Positions 8,274 to 18,300 of a stretch of DNA of 64,000 bases are shown in pieces. A model generated the notes under the pieces. That model saw only the letters and a program-made list of their open reading frames with translations, did not search any database and was not told where the DNA came from. The stretch comes from Anaerolineae bacterium. Lineage in GTDB: Bacteria > Chloroflexota > Anaerolineae > Epilineales > Epilineaceae. Position 1 is the first letter of the stretch, and every line of letters starts with the position of its first letter. The DNA is taken from assembly GCA_034432155.1 (NCBI GenBank), contig DAOUCP010000035.1, positions 83,036-147,035 of the forward strand. Direction: 5' to 3'. A program made the translations under genes and the position numbers.

Positions 8274-11200
8274 ATGCACCGTATTCTGAGGTTGGCGATC
8301 CGCGCCCTCGCTCTCGCGGCGCCGTTGGCTCTTGCCCGACCGGCGCTGGCAATCCAGTTGCCCGCAGTAGCGGACTCCTCTCTGCGCGCCATTCTGACCT
8401 GGCCCCCGAGTGATGGGCAGCAACCCATGGCGGTGATCGTCGAACTGCGAGGCCCAACGACCTTCGACTTGGTCCGGCGATCCGCCCACAAGCTCGGCGC
8501 AGGCACGGTGCTGGCGACTGCAGCGCGCGACGCGGCCTTTGCCACCGTGGCCGCTGCGCAAGCCCCAGCCCGACGGTATGTGGAGGCCACAGGGGCGCAG
8601 ATCATTAGCACGTACGACACCGCCCTTAACGGCTTCCTGGTGCGTGCCACGCCAGCCCAGCTGGAGCGCCTTGCGGCCACGCCGGGCATCGCGCGCATCT
8701 ACCGCGCGCCGGAGCACTATCCGCTACTCGGCGACGCCGTGCCGCTGGTCGGAGGCCAGCAGGTGGTGGAGAGCCTCGGGTACACCGGCAAGAATGTGAC
8801 CATCGCCATCATCGACCAAGGGATCGACTACACCCACAAGTCGCTTGGCGGGCGCGGACGCACCCAGGATTACGCCAACAATAATCCGAGCGTCGTCGAG
8901 CCGGGCTCCTTTCCCACCGACAAGGTCATCGGCGGCTACGACTTCGCCGGCACCGACTACGGCGCCACCGGCGTGCCGCGGCCCGATGACGATCCGTTGG
9001 ATGAGGGTGACCACGGTACCCACGTGGCGGGCATCGCTGCTGGCATGAAGGGCAACCCCAAGGTCCATCACGGCGTGGCCCCCGACGCCAAGCTGATCGC
9101 CCTCAAGGTGTTCGGTCGTGGTGGCGGAACCAACCTGTCCACCGACGCCATCGAGTGGGCCATCGAAGCCAACCTGGGGGCTACGGTTCCCGGCTCCTGC
9201 CAGATGCCGGGCGGCCAGCAGTGTCGCGTCGACGTCCTCAACATGAGCCTCGGTTCCCCTTGGGCGAACGGTGTGCTGGAGCAGACCGGTGCTGTTCAGC
9301 GGGCGGTGGAGGCGGGTATCGTGCTGGTCGCGGCCTCAGGCAACGACGATGACGTGCCGTTCATTCATGGCGCCCCCTCAGCTTCGCCGATGGCCCTGGC
9401 GGTCGCCAATACCTTCCATGGCGGCCTCAAGGGAGACGTCGTGGAAGCGACGGTTGGCTCCCAAACGGTGCAGCTGGAGGCCCTGCAAGGCGGCACCGAC
9501 GCCACTGGCCAGCTCAGGCTGGGGAAAGCCATGGACGAGGTGGGTGAGATCAAGGCACCCCTGGCCGACTTCGGACGCGGCTGCACCGCCGATCAGCCGT
9601 CCGCACCGGAGGTGACGGGCCAGGTGGCGCTGATCGAGCGCGGCACCTGCTCCTTTAGCGAGAAGGTCGCCAACGCAACCGCCAAGGGGGCCGTGGCGGC
9701 CCTGGTCTTCAACAACCAGCCGGGCATCCTGGTGATGGGGCCCACCGCCGGCTTCCAGGCGGACGACATCCCGGCCTACCTCATTCGGCAGGAAGATGGG
9801 CTGGCCCTGCGAGAGCAGCTGCGGTCTGTTGCCGTGCGCATCCGCATGGCCAAGGCGCTCAACGGCACCTTCGTGCGCAGCTATCTGGCGGATGTGATCG
9901 GCCCAGGCAGCAGCCGGGGGCCCGCTCGATCCGGCGCGTTCAAGCCCAACATCTCGGCACCGGGCACCGAGATTGTCGCCCCCAAGCGTGCCCAGGGCGA
10001 TGCCGGGATCGCCTTTTCCGGCACTTCCATGGCAGCACCCTTGGTGGCGGGCGGGGCTGCGGTGCTGATCGAGCGGTTGCGGGCCGAAGGCCTGGCCCCA
10101 AAGGATGCGCCCCTGGCCGATCCGAACCAGGTCACCGCCGCCGACGTCGCCGCTCTGCTCATGAACTACGCCACAGCGCACGTCTACCGCGACGACAATC
10201 GCCTACCCGACTACGTCCCCCTCGCCCGCCAGGGATCGGGGCGCATGAACCTGCTGGCGGCCGCCAAGGGCCACACCTTAGCCCGCGCTGGCTACCTGGC
10301 GGAGATTGACTTCGGAATCCGAGGTCTGGTCGAGGACTACACCGACAGCGCCACCGTGACCATTCGCAACCTGAGCCGTGAGACCAGGAGCTACGATCTC
10401 TCGACGGAGTTCAACACACCGGGGAAAGCCAACCGGGGAGTCCGGTACGATGTGACGCCGGCCAGCCTGGTATTGGAGCCCGGCGCTTCGGCCGAGGTGC
10501 GTGTCCAAGCCTCCGTGGCGACGGCCCTGCTCGCGCCCTTTGGCGCATACGGCGGCGCCAGGGCGCTCCAAAGCGGACCGATCGGGGATGCCGAGATCGA
10601 CGGCTTCGTCGTTGTGACCTCGCGGGTGGAGGGAGGCGAGCCGGAAGTCAGCCACCTGCCCATCTACTTCCTGCCCCGGCGGGCGGCCGCCGTGGTGGCT
10701 TCGCCGGACCCCTTGCGCATCAGCCCCACGACAGGCAGCGGCACCATCGTTTGGCAGAATAACGCACCCGGCGACGGTGTTGCCGAGCTGTTCGCCCATC
10801 TCGGTTCCGATGCGCTCGGCGAGGCCCCCCCGCGCTTGGACGTGGACCACGTCGGGGCCCGTCTGGGCGTGGACAGCCAAGGTCGCCGCATGGTCAGCCT
10901 GGCGGTGCATACCCAGGCGGCGCGGCGCGTACCGATTGATTCCGACACCTTCGTGCTCATCGATGCCAACCGCGACGGGACGTACGATCAAGCGGCCCAC
11001 GTGGGCCTGGTGAACGGCGTGCTCGTCACGGCGGTGCAGCAAGTCACCCGCCAGGAGCCGCTCGCGTTCTCGCGCCAGGCGGTCGCCGACTTCGAGGCCG
11101 ATGTGAACATCGAGAGTGGCATCGTCATCCTGCATGTGCTGGCCAGCCGGATCGGCGTGGACGAGAGTGGACCGGTACGGATCGACCTCGGTGTGTTGCA

Positions 11201-11624
11201 CCTCGCGAATTTCGCCGATGTCGCCGGTGCGCTGGATGCCATCCCCTTCGATGCCGCGCCCGACAACGCGTTTATCTTCAGTCCGCAAGGGGCGATTTCG
11301 GCCGGCCCGGACCGATTCCACCTTGCCAGCGACGAGCTGGGATACCGCCTGGATCAGTGGACGGTGCCGATGAGCTGGGGATCCCAGACCACGCAGGCCA
11401 TCCAGAGGGTCAACGGGGCACCGCTGGCCGGTCAGCGAATCCTGGCCCTCTATCCGCAGAATGTGCCCGGCGACGGGGACATGCAGCTTCTGGCCATTCT
11501 AGAGGAGGAGGCGCCGACGCCGACGCCCATCGCCTTCCCGACCGACGAGCCGCCAGACCGCGACCACGACATCTTCCTGCCGGCAGCCCTGGTCAACGAG
11601 GTCATTGGCGTGGCCTCACCCTAG
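8274..11624 (+). CDS. Secreted S8 subtilisin-like serine protease B, paralog of A (I9 + S8 + PA)
   Basis: The track ORF 7809 overlaps protease A. The in-frame ATG at 8274 (MHRILRLAIRALALAAPLALA) gives a signal peptide with GGAGG 9 nt upstream. Motifs IAIIDQGIDYTH, HGTHVAGIAAG, GTSMAAPLVAGGAAVL. PA domain GQVALIERGTCSFSEKVANATAKGAVAALVFNNQPG. Long collinear identity to A. Confidence 0.85.
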   Translation: MHRILRLAIRALALAAPLALARPALAIQLPAVADSSLRAILTWPPSDGQQPMAVIVELRGPTTFDLVRRSAHKLGAGTVLATAARDAAFATVAAAQAPARRYVEATGAQIISTYDTALNGFLVRATPAQLERLAATPGIARIYRAPEHYPLLGDAVPLVGGQQVVESLGYTGKNVTIAIIDQGIDYTHKSLGGRGRTQDYANNNPSVVEPGSFPTDKVIGGYDFAGTDYGATGVPRPDDDPLDEGDHGTHVAGIAAGMKGNPKVHHGVAPDAKLIALKVFGRGGGTNLSTDAIEWAIEANLGATVPGSCQMPGGQQCRVDVLNMSLGSPWANGVLEQTGAVQRAVEAGIVLVAASGNDDDVPFIHGAPSASPMALAVANTFHGGLKGDVVEATVGSQTVQLEALQGGTDATGQLRLGKAMDEVGEIKAPLADFGRGCTADQPSAPEVTGQVALIERGTCSFSEKVANATAKGAVAALVFNNQPGILVMGPTAGFQADDIPAYLIRQEDGLALREQLRSVAVRIRMAKALNGTFVRSYLADVIGPGSSRGPARSGAFKPNISAPGTEIVAPKRAQGDAGIAFSGTSMAAPLVAGGAAVLIERLRAEGLAPKDAPLADPNQVTAADVAALLMNYATAHVYRDDNRLPDYVPLARQGSGRMNLLAAAKGHTLARAGYLAEIDFGIRGLVEDYTDSATVTIRNLSRETRSYDLSTEFNTPGKANRGVRYDVTPASLVLEPGASAEVRVQASVATALLAPFGAYGGARALQSGPIGDAEIDGFVVVTSRVEGGEPEVSHLPIYFLPRRAAAVVASPDPLRISPTTGSGTIVWQNNAPGDGVAELFAHLGSDALGEAPPRLDVDHVGARLGVDSQGRRMVSLAVHTQAARRVPIDSDTFVLIDANRDGTYDQAAHVGLVNGVLVTAVQQVTRQEPLAFSRQAVADFEADVNIESGIVILHVLASRIGVDESGPVRIDLGVLHLANFADVAGALDAIPFDAAPDNAFIFSPQGAISAGPDRFHLASDELGYRLDQWTVPMSWGSQTTQAIQRVNGAPLAGQRILALYPQNVPGDGDMQLLAILEEEAPTPTPIAFPTDEPPDRDHDIFLPAALVNEVIGVASP

Positions 11625-11680
11625 AGCGGCCGGCAGCTTGCGCCGGCAACGCGGCAGCGCCCGTGTATACTGGTGGCCGC

Positions 11681-12970
11681 ATGTCGGTGCCGCGCATTGC
11701 CATCGACGCCCGACTGCGTGCCTATCGCAGCGCGGGCATTGCCAGCCACGTCGAGTGCCTGCTCGACGGGCTGCAACAACTCCGGCTCGACGAGCCGTTT
11801 GTGGTGCTGCTCCACCGTCGCGATCGGAGCAGTGTGCCAGTGTCGCCCGTCGATCGAAGCAGTGGGCCCCTCTCTTCCACAGATTGTGGCCGGGGGGCCG
11901 TGTTCTCCGCCGATCCGGGCCGGAGGCCCGTGTCTTCCCCGGCCCTTTCTGGGACAGCCATCGGCCAGCGGCGGCTGTGGACCCCACCCCACCATCGTTG
12001 GGAGGACTGGTTGCTGCCGCTGGAACTGGCCAGTCACCGCATCCATCTGTTCCATGCCACTGACTTTGTCGTGCCCCGCGGCTGGCGCGGCGCCGCCGTG
12101 GCCACGGTGCACGACCTGGCTTTCCTGCGACATCCCGAGTTCGTCACCCCCTCCAGTGCCCGTTACTACGCGGGCGTTCACCACACTGTGCATCGCGCCC
12201 AGCGGATCATCGCCGTTTCGGAGCACACGCGGCGCGAGTTGCTGGCACTAACGGACATCCCTGCCGACCGCATTCGCGTCGTGCCGAACGCGCTCCGCCC
12301 GGCCTTCCGTGCGCCCGCCGACCCGGACGCCGAGGCAGCGGTGGTTGCCGGCCGCGGTGTCCGCGAGCCCTTCCTGCTGTTTGTGAGCACGGTGGAGCCT
12401 CGCAAGAACGTAGTCACCCTCCTGGACGCCTTTCGGAGCCTGCTGGACGAGGGTCGCCAGCTCGACCTCGTCCTCATCGGCGCCGATGGGTGGAACAGCC
12501 GGCTGGTCTACGAACGGGCGCAACAGCTGGCGCTGGCCGACCGGGCGCACTTCCTCGGCTTCGTGCCCGATGCCGAACTCGTGGCCTTCTACCGCCGGGC
12601 GGCAGTGCTGGCCCACCCGGCGCACGACGAGGGCTTCGGCTTTGCCCCTTTGGAGGCCATGGCGTCCGGCACACCTGTTGTTGTCGCCGATGCCGGCGCC
12701 CTACCCGAGGTGGTTAGCCAGGCAGGCCTGCAGGTTCCCGCCACCGAGCCTGGTGCATGGGCGACGGCGTTGGCGCGACTGTTGGACGATCGGCAACTGG
12801 CCGTTTCGCTCGCGGCAGCGGGTCGCGAGCGCGCGGCGCATTTCAGCTCTCGCCGCATGGCCGAGCGCACCGTTGCCGTCTACCGGGAGGCCTGGGCGGT
12901 CGCCGGCCACTCGTCGCGCGAGACAGCGAAGGACGCCGAATCGACCACCGGCGGCAACGACGGGCCATGA
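11681..12970 (+). CDS. Glycosyltransferase family 4 (GT-B fold)
   Basis: In-frame ATG at 11681 (MSVPRIAID...). C-terminal GT4 signature EGFGFAPLEAMASGTPVV. The N-domain contains an imperfect-repeat insertion (RDRSSVPVSPVDRSSGPLSS.. / ADPGRRPVSSPALSG). TATACT at 11666-11671 lies 9 nt upstream of the ATG, so the mRNA is likely leaderless. Confidence 0.8.
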   Translation: MSVPRIAIDARLRAYRSAGIASHVECLLDGLQQLRLDEPFVVLLHRRDRSSVPVSPVDRSSGPLSSTDCGRGAVFSADPGRRPVSSPALSGTAIGQRRLWTPPHHRWEDWLLPLELASHRIHLFHATDFVVPRGWRGAAVATVHDLAFLRHPEFVTPSSARYYAGVHHTVHRAQRIIAVSEHTRRELLALTDIPADRIRVVPNALRPAFRAPADPDAEAAVVAGRGVREPFLLFVSTVEPRKNVVTLLDAFRSLLDEGRQLDLVLIGADGWNSRLVYERAQQLALADRAHFLGFVPDAELVAFYRRAAVLAHPAHDEGFGFAPLEAMASGTPVVVADAGALPEVVSQAGLQVPATEPGAWATALARLLDDRQLAVSLAAAGRERAAHFSSRRMAERTVAVYREAWAVAGHSSRETAKDAESTTGGNDGP

Positions 12971-13010
12971 AGGAGCGGCTGACGCAACCCGCTGCCCGCG
13001 GAGCCGTCTG

Positions 13011-14318
13011 ATGGCCAGCGCATTGCCGGTAGGGTCCCAACCGGCCCCAGGCACAGGGAGCGAGCCTCGGCCGCCGCGTAGGGGGCGCGTGTTGCTCCTG
13101 ACACCGCAATCGCCCTGGCCGCCGCGGCAGGGCACGGCCGTCCGCAACTGGCACATCGCCCGAGAGCTCGCTTCGCGCTACCGTGTCAGCATCCTCGCCT
13201 TCGGCAGCTCCGACGACGCAGTGGGGCTGCGCCAGGCAGGCATCGAACCATTCCTGGTGCCCTCCCCAGCCCAGCGGTCCCTCCTACGACGGGCCACCGA
13301 GCTCGCCATCACCCTGACGCCCGACCTGGTGCGGCGCTTGCGCTCGGCGGCCATGACGAACGCCCTCTTGCGGCTTCTCGACGAATCCCGCATCGAGGCG
13401 GATCCCTTCGCGGTGATCCAAGTCGAGGGGCTGGAAATGGCCGCTTACGGCGAGGCAGCACGCAACTGGTGGCTGCGATCCGGAACCGCCGGGCGGCTGA
13501 TCTACGATGCGCACAACGCCGAGTGGCTGCTCCAGCACCGCGCCTGGCAGGCGGACCTGCGGCGGCTTACTGGCTGGCCCGGTGCCGCCTACTCGTTCGT
13601 CCAGACGCTCAAGCTACGCCGCTTCGAAGCCCACTTCCTGCGGCGGGTCGATGGCGCCATCGCCGTGAGTCGCGCCGACCGGCTGGCGCTGCAGCGGCTG
13701 GCACCTCGCCAGCAGGTGGTCGAAGTACCCAACGGTGTTGACACCGACTACTACCGGCCCGCGGACCGGGCGCGGGAAGTACCGGGCCGCTGCCTGTTCG
13801 TGGGCAAGATGGACTTCCGGCCCAACATCGACGCCATGGCCTGGTTCGTGACGCAGGTCTGGCCACGGATTCGCCGCGAGCAGCCGCACGCGGAGTTGCG
13901 CATCGTGGGCCGCCAACCGGTGCCGCGTGTCCTGGCCTTGGCGGGCGATGGTGTGGCGGTGGCCGGCGAGGTGGCCGACGTGCGGCCCGAGCTGGAGGCG
14001 GCCGCCGTCGTGCTGGCGCCATTGCGTGTGGGAGGCGGCACCCGCCTGAAGATCCTGGAGGCCATGGCGATGGCCAAAGCAGTTGTGGCCACCTCGCTGG
14101 GTGCCGAGGGACTCGAGGTCAAAAGGGACGAGGAGCTGCTGGTGGCCGACGAGCCAGCCGACTTGGCGCAAGCCGTGGTGACGGCCTTGCGCGACCCTCA
14201 GCGCCGTGCGCAGCTTGGGGAGTGCGCGCGGGCTCGGGTCGAAGCGTGCTATCGTTGGCAGACGCTGGTGCCACGAATGGAAGGCTTGTATCCGCCTGCC
14301 ATCCGTCCGGAAGTGTGA
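13011..14318 (+). CDS. Glycosyltransferase family 4 (second, tandem)
   Basis: In-frame ATG at 13011 (MASALPVGS...). C-domain carries the EX7E-type motif ...RLKILEAMAMAKAVVATSLGAEGL. The N-domain VLLLTPQSPWPPRQGTAVRNWHIARELA is typical of a GT4 N-domain. Confidence 0.8.
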   Translation: MASALPVGSQPAPGTGSEPRPPRRGRVLLLTPQSPWPPRQGTAVRNWHIARELASRYRVSILAFGSSDDAVGLRQAGIEPFLVPSPAQRSLLRRATELAITLTPDLVRRLRSAAMTNALLRLLDESRIEADPFAVIQVEGLEMAAYGEAARNWWLRSGTAGRLIYDAHNAEWLLQHRAWQADLRRLTGWPGAAYSFVQTLKLRRFEAHFLRRVDGAIAVSRADRLALQRLAPRQQVVEVPNGVDTDYYRPADRAREVPGRCLFVGKMDFRPNIDAMAWFVTQVWPRIRREQPHAELRIVGRQPVPRVLALAGDGVAVAGEVADVRPELEAAAVVLAPLRVGGGTRLKILEAMAMAKAVVATSLGAEGLEVKRDEELLVADEPADLAQAVVTALRDPQRRAQLGECARARVEACYRWQTLVPRMEGLYPPAIRPEV

Positions 14319-14552
14319 CGAACCCAGCTCGCCGTTGGCCCGGCCCTCGACCGGCTGGCCACTGGGCCGGCCGACAAGGCGAAGTGGCTGCTGGCACCGG
14401 TGCTGGAGGCACCCCTTTTTCCCACACCCCAACGCGGCCGTATAATGCGCCCTGCACGGCTCGCAACACGTGTCCGGCAGGTGCGGGTTGCCGTGCCGGC
14501 CCGCAGCCAGCGGAGCGAAGTCGCTTGGGCCTCGGCCGAGCGGAGACGACGG

Positions 14553-15284
14553 ATGACCCAGATACTGGACCTGGCGGCAATCGCCGAACAAGTGGAGGTG
14601 CCGTACCACTGCATCCCGGTGGCTCATCTGGGCAGCGCCGAGGTGTCACTGTTCATCTGCCAGGGCGCTCGGAGCTGGCATCGAAGACTGGCGCGGCCTC
14701 ACATGCTGATCGTCACCGAGGGCGTAATCACCGTCGATTGTGCTTCGGGCAAGACGATCGTCGGCGAGGGGGAAGTCGTGTCCGTGCCGGCGGAGGTGGC
14801 GTACAACACCTATTCGGGCATGCGTTCGACGGTGCTCAGCATCGAGAACCTGGGCACCACAGGACGCGACAATGGCCACGAAACGCTAGCCCCGCCAGGG
14901 CGGGCCTCAGTCACCAAGGTAAGCGCTGCTGTAACGGCCCGCAAGGCGCCCGAGTTCGCCTGGTTGCCGTGCGGCGCGGCGGGCAGCACCGTGGCTGCAG
15001 CCAGCCGCCTGCGCGGCTCGAGCGGCTTCTACGTCGTGCCCAGCGGATCGCTTCTCTTGGCCGTCTACCGCGGCGTGCTTGACTACCGCTCGGGCGAGGA
15101 AGAAGGCACGGTGGTAGGCAACCAGCTGCTCTTGGTTAACTCTGGCGAAGACCTGACACTCCGCTCGGGGCATGGCGCTACCGTCATGGCCATCGTGGCG
15201 CGCGGCGTGCCACTGCCAGCTCCGGCTGCAGCCGGCCCTGAGCCCCGCCAGGGGCAGCGCTCCGATCCACCGCCCGGTGAGTAG
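14553..15284 (+). CDS. Cupin-fold hypothetical protein
   Basis: The ORF 14400..15284 is open from 14400. A TATAAT at 14441-14446 lies inside it, so the likely start is the ATG at 14553 (MTQILDLAAIAEQVEVPYHCIPVAHLGSAEVSLFICQG...). The beta-rich sequence is consistent with a double cupin. Function is unknown. Confidence 0.45.
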   Translation: MTQILDLAAIAEQVEVPYHCIPVAHLGSAEVSLFICQGARSWHRRLARPHMLIVTEGVITVDCASGKTIVGEGEVVSVPAEVAYNTYSGMRSTVLSIENLGTTGRDNGHETLAPPGRASVTKVSAAVTARKAPEFAWLPCGAAGSTVAAASRLRGSSGFYVVPSGSLLLAVYRGVLDYRSGEEEGTVVGNQLLLVNSGEDLTLRSGHGATVMAIVARGVPLPAPAAAGPEPRQGQRSDPPPGE

Positions 15285-15368
15285 GGCGGCAGCGCTCCGA
15301 ATGACTGCCAGCGATCTGCCGCGTCCCCGCCGACCGGCGGTGCCACGTTCTTCTGGGGAGCGAAGGCC

Positions 15369-18300
15369 TTGCCGCAGCCGAGCCCGCACCCGGTGAGTTC
15401 TCGGTTCCGTCTCTGGCGCGCGGTGCTGGGAGGCTTGCTGCTCCTAACCGTAGCTGTGTGGCCCCTCGCCGAGGCCCATTCGCGAGCCGTAGCCGGCCTT
15501 GTGCGACCGCCGGCCGTGGCAGACCATCGTGCGGCAGACCGGTCGCCGACCGCAGCACGGACCCTCCCCGGCGGACGGGGTCCCCGTGCCGTGGTGGATC
15601 CCGCGCTGCGACGCGAACTGGCCCACGCGGGCGAGCGCCACATTCCGGTGATCGTCCACTTGGCTCTACCCGAAAAGAGTGAGCCCGCGGCCTCATCGGG
15701 CAATGCTCTGACCAGTCTGCAAGCGCGTCCGCTGGCCTTTGCGCGCTATGCCCAGCCGCTGCTGGCCTATCTGGAGCGCGAGCGGCAGGCCGGTCGGATT
15801 GGGCGCGTGACATCCCTGTGGCTGGCCAACGCCGTAGCAGTCACCGTGGCACCTGCGGCCCTGCCCGACCTGGCGGCGGCGCCCGGCGTGCGTTTCCTTG
15901 CCCTTGACGGCTCGCTGCATCTCGAACCCTGGCAGTCCTTGGGCGCGGATCCCGGCCGGGCAGCGGAAAGCCCGCCGCCATGGAACATCCGGGCGGTGCG
16001 GGCCGATGAGGTGTGGCGGCTCTTTGGCATCGACGGCAGCGGTGTCACCATCGCCGTCCTGGATACCGGTGTCGACGTTCACCACCCCAGCCTCCGAACG
16101 CGCTATCGGGGCTATCTGTCCGGAGGCTTCCGGAACCGGGGCAACTGGTGGTGCCGACCGGAAGACCCACTGTGCGGGTTCGGCAACGCCTACCCCGTGG
16201 ACAGCATTGGCCATGGTACCCACGTCGCCGGCACCGCCGTCGGCGGCGATGGCATCGGCGTCGCCCCCGGGGCGCACTGGATTGCTGCTCGCGTGTGCGC
16301 CGACGTCACCTGCCAGGTCAGCTGGATCATCGAAGGCCTGCAGTGGCTGTTGGCTCCGGGCGGAGCGAGCGACCTGCGTCCGGACATCGTGAACCTGAGT
16401 CTGGGCAATGAGGACAGCGACGGGAGTCTCGTGCTCAAGAACAGCATCGATGCCCTCACAGCAGCCGGCATCGTCGTCGTGGCCTCCGCCGGCAACCGCG
16501 CCGGCACCGTGACCGAGCCGGCCAGCTACCCGAACGTGATTGCCGTCGGCGCCGTGGATTCCAGCCTCCGTCGCTGGCCGCAGAGCGGCTACGGATCGAC
16601 CCTTTGGCAACAGAACAAGCCCGAACTGATGGCTCCGGGGGTGGCGATCACCTCGGCCATCCCCGGCGGCGGTTTGGGCGTGAAGACCGGCACCAGCATG
16701 GCCGCGCCACACGTCAGCGGCGTGATCGCCTTGCTCAAGCAAGCCAAGCCGGATCTTACGCCGGCCACGGTGGCAGTTATCCTGAAGCGAACGGCGACAG
16801 CTGTGGGACCCATCCAGCCGAACGCCCAGTCGGGCTGGGGCCTCGTCAACGCCTATGCGGCCGTAGCCACCGTGGGTGAGGTCGGCTTCGTGCGCGGGCG
16901 CGTGACCCGGCTCGACGGCACCGCCATTCCCTGGGCGCGCATCGGGCTGCACGAACTGGGCGGCGGTGCGCTGGCCACTGTCGAGGTGGACGAGGACGGC
17001 AAGTACGAACTCGCCGTCCGGCCTGGGGTTTACAGCCTGACGGCGGAAGCCTTCGCCTTCGGCCCTCGGACCGAGCGGCCGGTGACGGTGCAGAAGGACG
17101 AGACCAGCCAAGTGGATTTCGTCCTGGAGCCCCTCCCTTCGGTGGGCCAGTTCGCCGGCTGGGTGTACGCCCGTCGAGGTAGTCAGCGGATCCCGATGGC
17201 TGCCCGGCTGGAGCTACTGAATGTGCCAAGCGAGTTTGCCCTGCGGTCGAACCCCGACACCGGATTCAGCGCCCAACTGCCTGCCGGCCGCTACACGGTG
17301 CGTATCCGCGAGCTAGGCTACCGCATCCTGACCGACACCGTCACCATCACTGCCGGAGCCACCATCACCCGCTCCTATGAGCTTGACCCGGCACCGCGCA
17401 TCCTCCTCGTGGACGGCGACGCCTGGCTCTATCGACCGGCCATCGATCGCTTTCGCCAGGCGCTGGATCGCACCGGCTACCCGTTCGATGAGTGGCCGGT
17501 GATCGATGATTCGGCCGGACCCGGCGCCGACGGCGGCCCGCCGCGGCTGGAAGACCTCCAGCGCTACGACATCGTTGTCTGGTCGCACCATACCAGTTCG
17601 CCAGGCACGGTGAATGCCGCCGAAGTGTTGGACAAGTACCTGGCGGCAGGTGGAAGACTGTTCCTGACCGGGCAGGACATCCTGTGCCTGGATGGCGGCT
17701 CGGACGCCGGCAGCGACGCCTGCAACCGTCAGCCACAACAGCACCCGTACGTGGAGCGCCGCTTGCGCAGCCGCGTGGTGCGCGACAACTCCGGCAGCCT
17801 GACCATCATGGGCACGCCGAGCGGGCTCTTGTCAGGCCTGCGGCTGACGCTCAATGGGCCGGACAGCGCCGACAATCAGGTCGCTCCCGACGTGCTTCGG
17901 CCGCTTGATCCGTTGGCGGCAGCGCCCATTGCCACGTACGAGGGCGGTGGCGACGCCGGGATGCAGGTGGGGCCATGCGCCGCTGGGCGCGCGGTGATCT
18001 TCGGCTTCGGGTTCGAAGGCATCGCTGGGGCACGGCTGCGGGACCAGGTGATGGCACGTGTGATCGAGGGCTTGTGGCGTGCCGAACCCCCGAACCGACT
18101 GCGCCTTCGGGCGGACCTCGATCGCCGATCAGCGGACGTCGGCAGGACACTCAGTTTCACCGTCACGCTGCGCAACGTCAGCACGCTGAGCGCGACCGTC
18201 GACATTCGGTTGGCGAATCACGCCTGGCCGTGGACGCTTTGGCAGGCAGGCTTTGACAAACCGCTCGGCGAGCCACTGACGCTCGGCGGTTGCGCGCAGG

